Assembly: GCF_009914755.1 (NCBI RefSeq)
Contig: NC_060933.1
From: the human T2T-CHM13v2.0 reference genome, Homo sapiens
Reading direction: 5' to 3' (one strand)
DNA length: 64,000 nt
Part shown: positions 56,119 through 64,000 of the stretch, piece by piece
Layout of the letters: each line of letters starts with the position of its first letter
How positions within the stretch are numbered: the first letter of the stretch is position 1
The notes under the pieces: model-generated
Databases searched by the model: none
Told to the model about the DNA's origin: nothing
What the model saw: the letters and a program-made list of their open reading frames with translations, nothing else
Translations under genes and position numbers: made by a program

Positions 56119-57475
56119 ATCTAAATATCTATCTATCTATATACAGTTTACCTTCATTCAATTATTTCTGGGCTTTCCAAGGCAGTGACAGACTATTTTT
56201 GGGATATTAACTGGCACTAAGCACAATGCTTTTCCCAGGACAGGTGCTCAACATACATTTCACAAATGAATGATTGCTTGTTTTGTTAATAAAATAATGG
56301 ATATTTTAAAATATTTTCAATCTCTTATCATATGTATGTTCATTGAGACCTGTTCTCCATAATACTAGACTACAACCTGTTAAGGCGAACTATTTTATTT
56401 CTTTTCCTGCTTAAGACAGCAGGAGGAACACATCCATGTTCAAAAATTATGTGTCAGCTGGGCTTTATGCTTCATCAATATCCACGTAGACCAATCGAGC
56501 AAATAATTCTCATTATGAAAGACTTACTTTCAACTGGCACAAAAAGTAATAAGAAAAGTAGTTCATATAAATTGTACATGATAGAAGCAGTAAGATATGT
56601 AGGTCTGGTGGAGTTAGAAGTAATTGAATTTAGTTTTCTTTGGTGAATGTTGAATACCTACAATTAAAGAGTATATCCACAAATTTTATAACATATAACA
56701 CTCAGATATTATTTTAATCTCTTTAGAGTAGTGTTTTAGATTAATTGCTTTGATCATCTTGAGATAGAACCAGTTATTTTTAATCAATAAGATAAGGCTT
56801 ATTTCTTGTATAATTTAAAAATCAGTTTTAATAAAAGTTATCTTAAATATTGCTTCCCTTAGCTTTAGCAAATCCTTTTCATTTTTATGGAGTTGTAGAT
56901 TTTCAGTGCACCTTCACGTTCATGCATCTCATTTGATTTTCTCAACAATACTGTGAGTTGATGTTACTATGCTATAAGCAAAGTTATTAAGTTTAGCTGA
57001 TTTTTCTTACTCCAGGAAAGAGGAAATCCTGAGATTCATAAAAATCCAGTCTTTCTTTGTGTAAGTGTACACCCTCTCTGATCAGCATCTTGCAGACATA
57101 GGGATAGTTTGCCATCTCTACAGAAAACCCACAATTCCTTCTCATCAATTTAACAATCCTGATGTTAAGCCCAATATAAAGAGAGAGAGAATTGCTTTTT
57201 CAGGGTTGTCTTTCGCATGCTTTATATCCTCAGGCCCAATATAATTTTTTCTCTTTGTTTGTTTTTTTCTTTCCAGACTAACCTGAGCTTTCAGGATTAT
57301 TGGGCCATCCTTTTATTTATCCCCCAGTTGACTACATTTTAAATAATTTTCATTAATACTTGCACTTTTAAGACAGCAAATCAGTTAATTTAATTCATGA
57401 TTTCACTCCTTTATTGAGGAGAAATGACTTTACCCAGTCTACCTCCCTTAAACTCATTTTTTCCTCTAAATTATC

Positions 57476-57641
57476 AGCTCCATAAGTGAAGGAGAAATAA
57501 AATCCTTTACAGACAAGCAAATGCTGAGAGATTTTGTCACCACCAGGCCTGCCCTAAAAGAGCTCCTGAAGGAAGCACTAAACATGGAAAGGAACAACCA
57601 GTACCAGCCACTGCAAAAACATGCCAAATTGTAAAGACCAT
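57476..57641 (+). mobile_element. Isolated young L1PA (about PA3-PA5) fragment: 3' end of ORF1
   Basis: Encodes ISEGEIKSFTDKQMLRDFVTTRPALKELLKEALNMERNNQYQPLQKHAKL*, the ORF1p C-terminus. Confidence 0.95.
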
Positions 57642-57729
57642 TTCTGGTAATTCCTTAAGAATTTATATGTATTAGCTTGCCTTACACCTTACATCATTTA
57701 TTTGAACCTGCCCTTGAAAACAACCCTCC

Positions 57730-58230
57730 CTGTATCATTTATATATTGCTACATAATAAGCATCACCAAAACATGACTTCAAATAAACATGCTACAAGGT
57801 TAATTATCAACTGTGAGTTCTTCTGAGTACTGCCTTACTGAGCTGACCTCTGCAGGGCTTGCTCCTATCTATGTGATCAACTGACTGGTTGTCTGGGTAC
57901 TGGCTGGTTGAGGACAGTTGGTTGGTTATTGGCTGGGGCAACAGAAGTGATCAGTTTACACTTCTTTCATCCAGCATGCTAGCCATATAAGCCTGTTCAT
58001 ATGGTGATGACAGGACTCCAAGGAAGACTGGAAGTGTGCATGGTCTCTTGAGTCTTAGACACCAACTGGGACATCATCATTTCCACTGCATTTGGTGGAA
58101 GCAAGTAACAACAAGGAGTAGGGAAAAAGGCTTCACCTCTTTACAGATGGAATTGCAAAATTACTTTACAAAGACAATGGATATAGGGATGGATGAAGAA
58201 TTGGACCATTTTCTTACTTGGATCCTATCA
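57730..58230 (-). mobile_element. Old MLT1-type LTR
   Basis: CATCATCATTTCCACTGCATTTGGTGGAAGCAAGT, GATGAAGAATTGGACCATT. Confidence 0.6.
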
Positions 58231-58710
58231 CATTTTCTTAACCTCTTTGTAGTACTAAACTTTTCATTCTTTCGTCAAATCTATCTTCCCTAGGTCTTTA
58301 AGAATTACAATTTCCTGGATTTTTCCTTATATTTCTAGCCTGCTCTTTCCAATGTCCTTACTTGGGTTTGTTCTTTAAATATATATTTTTCTCTAATTCA
58401 TTATTGGCTTTTATCTCTTATAACTGAGCATGTTTACCCCATGATTGTGTCATCTTTTCCTACCCCCTTGCTTCAGGCTCTGCTTTCAGAGAAAATGAAT
58501 TAAGAAACCTATCGTTCTCCAACAGTTTGAAATGTGTTCAGGCCTTATTACCTCTTAACTGAACTATTGCTCTAATTCGTTTCCTGGTATTTCCATCTCC
58601 AGCTTCTTTCTCCTTTCCTCTGATGTAGAGCTGGTGGAGTTACTTGAATTTAATTCTGTGAATGTTGAATACATACAATGAAAGAATATATCCACAAATT
58701 TTATAACCTG

Positions 58711-59439
58711 TGTGAACCCAAAGTATTTGAGACAAGTCTCAATCAATTTAGAAAGTTTATTCTGCCAAGGTTAAGGATGCATCGCTGATACAGCCTCATG
58801 CGGTCCTGGTGACATGTGCCTAAGGTAGTTGGGCATAGCTGGGTTTTATACATTTTGGGGAGATATGAGACATCTATCAATATATGTAAGGTGTTCATTG
58901 TTTCAGCCTAGAAAGTCAAGACAAATCCTTTCTAGATGGAACCAAGCGGAGGCTTCCAGGTCATAGGTAGATAAGAGACAAACGGTTGCATTATTTTGAG
59001 CCTTTGATCAGCCTTTGGCTGAATACACAATTTACATGTGTGAGGAAGGTGGAGGAATAGTCACTTATGCCTTAGTCTGACTCAGCAAATCTTCATTTTT
59101 ACATAAGCAGTAGGGCAGTGGAAGCAATCAGATATGCATTTGTCTCAGGTGAGCAGAAGGATGACTTTGAATTCTGTCCTTTGTCCAGCATCTGTGAAGA
59201 TAAGCTATCAATTTACATTGCCAGGGTAAAATCCAACAGAAGGGTTTTAAGGTAAAGATCTGAGGCCCACAAGGAATTTCCTTGTGGACAAATTGTGAGG
59301 AAAGAATGTAGCTTTTTATCTTTGTAGCTATCTTATTTAGAAACAAAATGGGAAGCAGGTTTGCCTGATGCAGTTCCCAGCTTGACTTTTTTCTTTGGCT
59401 TAGTGATTTTGAGGTCCCAAGATTTCTTTTCTTTTCACA
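58711..59439 (-). mobile_element. MER4A-like ERV1 solo LTR
   Basis: Minus strand TGTGAAAAGAAAAGAAATCTTGGGACCTCAAAATCACTAAGCC...TGGGTTCACA. Confidence 0.88.
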
Positions 59440-60044
59440 CATTTAACACTCAAGGTATTATTTCAATCTCTTTAAACAAATGTTTTAAATTACTTACTTT
59501 GGTCATCTTGAGTTATTTTTATCTGGCCTGCCTGTGTAACCTTTCTTAAAACTACATCTGATCATGGCACCTATGTCTACCATATAATTCTAAGTTAATC
59601 ACCTGCTCAAAAAACTTTGATTTTTCTCCATTGAATGATTGAATTTTGGAATTCAAGGCTTTCTACTATTTGATCCTGCCTACTTTATCCAACTTATATA
59701 AAATCCTATATATCTTTTATTTCAGTCATATAACAGTCTCTTTAATCCTAGAGCATCCCTATACATCTCTACTCATATCTCTTACTCATGTTCCCTTAGG
59801 CTTGAATAAACATTCGATGGGGCCCACCTACTTGATCCTCTTTCTGTCTTTTAAGACTCATCTCAAATAACATTTCTTCCTAGTTAGGAAAGTTAGTATT
59901 TTCTCCCTGATTTCCCATTTTCTATTACATGTCTGTATCTCTGCATTGAATGTCAAACACTTCAAGGAAATAAATGGTCTCATAGATGGCATTACCAATG
60001 GTCAGGGATTTTATGCCTAATTTATTAAAATAATAAGCAATAAA

Positions 60045-60240
60045 AAACTGGGAACTACTACAAAAGGAGAGAGACACGGAGGAAGATAAAGGTTAAAACA
60101 CTATTGGGTTATGCTCAGTGCCTGGGTGATGGGATCAGTCATACCCCAAGCCTCAGCATAACACAATATAGCCAAGTAACAAACCTGCACATGCACCCCG
60201 GAATCAAAAAAAAGGTTGAAATGATTAAAAAATGAAATAA
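60045..60240 (+). mobile_element. L1PB-type 3' end
   Basis: TGCCTGGGTGATGGGATCAGTCATACCCCAAGCCTCAGCAT...GTAACAAACCTGCACATGCACCCC. Confidence 0.85.
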
Positions 60241-60831
60241 ATAGCTGTGGAATAACTTTTTATTGAATCATTTTAAATATACTTTCTTAAGAAGTAATAT
60301 CTTAGTATATTTCCAATTGTCAAAACCTAAGTTTACCTATGTACATTTTGAGTTAGTTAAATCAAAAAAGCATAAAGCTAGATTATTTTTAAGGAGATCA
60401 AAGTTTGAGATGTATCCTTTTGTTCAATGAAATCTTCCAAATGCATTAAATATAATATAAATTAAAGCATACCAACAAATGTCACTAACAATCATCACTG
60501 TTTATATATTGCATCAATCAAGACCCCTACAGGAAGCAGATGGCACACTCAAAGTGAACTATTTTAAAATAGCTTAATAAAGAGCTATTTACAAAGAATT
60601 GAGTAGGGTTAGGGAAAGCAGAAGAGATAGAGCAGTATCCCAAAGGCAATATTACCTGCAATGAAGAACTTCACAACTCTTCGGCCTGAAATGTTAAGGG
60701 GGTAGTCTTTATCAGAATCCAGAGACAGAGGGTTCCATAGACAAGGCAGATTTGCAAGAGCTGGGTCCTTTGGTAGAAGAATATGGCCAACCCAGGGCAA
60801 ACCCAGCCTAACATTCTTTCCTCCCTCTCTT

Positions 60832-61920
60832 TGAAACTGCCTTTGTAAAATTGTAACTGAGGAAATTATGACAGCGAAAGAAGTCAGACCTAACCGACTC
60901 TATCTTGCTTCTAACCTTTAAGCTGTCCTTGTTCATTCCTGGGTGTAGGCTGAACTACGGGAACAAATGCGGTTCATGGTTTGACTCTGAAACAAAATTG
61001 ATAACAGCCCTTTCCCAAAAAGACCTCCTTCTTGCCTAGGGTCCAGTCTGCCTTTGCAGGGCTAACAAATTAGCTACAAGATTAGAAATTACAGTTTAGG
61101 GGTCATGCAGCCTCTGGCTTCAAGAGTCTGAACCTCCCCAAATTGCTCCTGGGGGTAACATCACTATTGTTAAATTTAATATCTGTGCTTGAGATATTTT
61201 GCAGACCCTGCACTCCATGGATCAGCTGACACTACCCAGACTGATAATATGACCCAATCAGTTCTGCCATCCCACCCAGGAACAGAAGACATTAAAAAAA
61301 AAAAAAACTAACTTCGGGCGGCGCGCAGTAGCTCACGCCTGTAACCGCAGCACTTGGGGAGACCAAGGTGGGCAGATCACAAGGTCAGGAGTTTGAGACA
61401 AGCCTGGCCAACATGGTGAAGCCCCATCTCTACTAAAAATACAAAAATTAGCCTGGCGTGGTGGCACATGCCTGTAGTCTCAGCTACTTGGGAGGCTGAG
61501 GCAGAAGAATCACTTGAACCCGAGAGGTGGAGGTTACAGTGAGCCAAGATCGTGCCACTGCCCTCCAGCCTGGGTGACAGAGCAAGACTACGTCTCAAAA
61601 AATAAAATAAAATAAAATAAAATAAAATAAAATAAAATAAAATAAAATAAAAAAAAAGAACACCTAACTTCAACCCCCTATGATTCCCTCTGCAACCTGA
61701 CCAATCAGCACTCCCGCTTTCCAAGCCCCTACCCACCAAATAATCTTTAAAATCTGATCCCCAAATACTCAGGGAGACTTACTTGAGTAATAAATAATAA
61801 AAGTCCAGTCTCCCACACAGCTGGCTCTGCGTGAATTACTCTTTTCTCCATTGCAATTTCCCTGTCTTGATAAATCGGCTGTCTAGGCAGCAGGCAAGGC
61901 GAACCCACTGGGCCATTACA
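60832..61920 (+). mobile_element. LTR8A-like ERV1 solo LTR interrupted by Alu
   Basis: TGAAACTGCCTTTGTAAAATTGTAACTGAGGAAATTATGACAG...CACTGGGCCATTACA; perfect 4-bp TSD TCTT. Confidence 0.9.
61316..61657 (+). mobile_element. Alu (AluSg-like) with (AAAAT)n tail, nested in LTR8A
   Basis: Full dimer; TSD ending CTAACTTC on both sides. Confidence 0.95.
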
Positions 61921-62995
61921 TCTTCTCCTGTTAGTTTTTCCTAATGGCCTAAACTAACCAGAAGCCAACCTTGCCCTGCAACCCAAGAAGCAAGGGGGGG
62001 CAGTAATATATAAATGCAGACTAGGGTAAAGAGAATGGAGACTGAATATGGAAGGCAAAGATTTGATATCTGGTAGTTATGTCTTCGACATTTTTTTTTT
62101 TTCATTTGGCTTTGCTTTTAGGCTGCTGAACCTCAGCTTCAGAAGAATAATTTATAAGAATTTATTTTATCAAAAAAGATATTGGTTTTGTAAAAGTGTG
62201 AAACTTCTTTTTAGTTAAAGGGAGTTTTCAGATCCAATTATTTTGCATTTTTTTAAAGAAATTCAACATCTGCATCAATAATATTTTTAAAAACACTGTA
62301 GAAGAAAGTGGATTCAGAAACCTTTTTGATTACAGCTTTCTGCTTGAGTACATAATCAACTTCACAGTCAGATGTTTTCAAGTCTTAGAATTATTAGTAT
62401 TACTGATGTGCCTTATTAAAAGCATAAAAGTGCTTTTATTCTTCTCAGAAAATGTTGTGAAGCACATAGATTCAATAATATAACCTTTGAGATTTGCAAG
62501 TTAATTTGGTAGCCTTCTTGTACTTGACAGACATAAACTTGCCCTAGGTTCTCACCTGAAATATATAAAAGGCTGAGCAAAGAAATATACACCCAAAAAT
62601 TCTAAGAAATTCTTTCTCAATCTTAAGAAGCAGTCAAGAGGACAAATCAAATAAAAAGTCCAACGTAATTGTAATGACTAATACTTTCTGTCCTAAAAAC
62701 CAAGGGACATGAAGAAATTATCCCCTAGAAATAATAATTTTCTTTCCTTGGTATTATACTTTAAAAACTAAAGTGCAAGTACAGATATAATACCTAATTT
62801 AAGTCTCATAACAAACCTAATTGTATATACATTTGGGATACATTGTTTTCCAATTTTTATACTTGAAAAACTTTATAGAGAGATTAAATAACATTCCTAA
62901 GGTCTAAACCTAATAAATGACAAACACATCAACTGAGCTTTCTGACTCCCAGTGTAGTGTTCTTTTGACTCTATGAAATATTTGTGAGCACATGC

Positions 62996-63504
62996 TGTAG
63001 CTACATCAGACCAATCTTATTTAGCTTTTAGGTAACAAAGCTGAGGACTGTTTCTCTGTTGCTATAGACCCTCAGGCTGAAGATTTGTAAGGTGAGCATG
63101 GCCAGATGAACCCAGCATGCAAGAACATAGGCAGGGGGTGGAGTGGAGGAAGAACCTAAGTGCTCTGACCAAGGAGCAGGAACTGAATTAATAATTGAGT
63201 TAAGAAGCAGACACTGTAGGGTAGGATTCAGGATCCAATCAGATGGCATCAAACCCTAGCAGGATCCAGTCAGATCACGCCTACCAGAATCACCCCATTG
63301 CAAGATCCAGTCAGATCATGCCTCATTACCCTATGCTTATAAAACTTGACTCACCCCCACTGCCCTGGGAGGCACTGATTTGCAAGCTCTCCCTGGTGTT
63401 TTCTTACTTGTTGCGAGTAATAAAATCCCCTTGCTAAATCCTCCTTGGTTGTGATCATCGGGCTGTGACCCACCAAGTGACCAAAACCTGTTGTGTGGGT
63501 GACA
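62996..63504 (+). mobile_element. LTR47-like ERVL solo LTR
   Basis: TG...CA ends; AGACCAATCT...GTAACAAAG...GAGCATGGCCAGATGAACC; TATAAAA near 63338 and AATAAA near 63419. Confidence 0.7.
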
Positions 63505-63629
63505 ATATCAAAATGTGTATATCATTTGCTATACTAAGAACATAAACAAAAAGAATACATTTAAAAAATAAGAAAAATAAATATAAATAGAAGATCTAAA
63601 TTTTTTCACCTCTGCCCCAACATACATGA

Positions 63630-63948
<319 letters not shown>

Positions 63949-64000
63949 TGTCTGCCCTACTTGGAAAATTATTGGTCTGTAGCATATACCTCAGTTTATC

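Overview
Human non-coding genomic DNA (an AluYa5-type insertion points to human). It is AT-rich, CpG-depleted and dominated by transposable elements. I find no credible protein-coding exon, RNA gene or CpG island; the listed ORFs are chance or repeat-derived. Contents: about 17 Alu/FLAM copies, old and younger L1 fragments, L2/MIR relics, DNA transposons (Tigger1, Tigger3a, MER6B-like, MER1B, MER33), a two-LTR THE1B element, a HERV-L 3' remnant with its MLT2A LTR, several solo LTRs (MER67-like, MLT1D, MST, MER4A, LTR8A, LTR47-like) and microsatellites. Family and subfamily names come from recalled consensus sequences and need RepeatMasker/Dfam confirmation; boundaries of old repeats are approximate. 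I see no evidence for a new biological system. The most interesting signals are mutational-mechanism footprints: a pristine 5'-truncated AluYa5, an isolated tail-less L1 ORF1 fragment, a fold-back hairpin in one THE1B LTR, a direct-inverted-direct triplet, a ~190-bp local duplication later split by an LTR, and an L1/HERV-L deletion junction.
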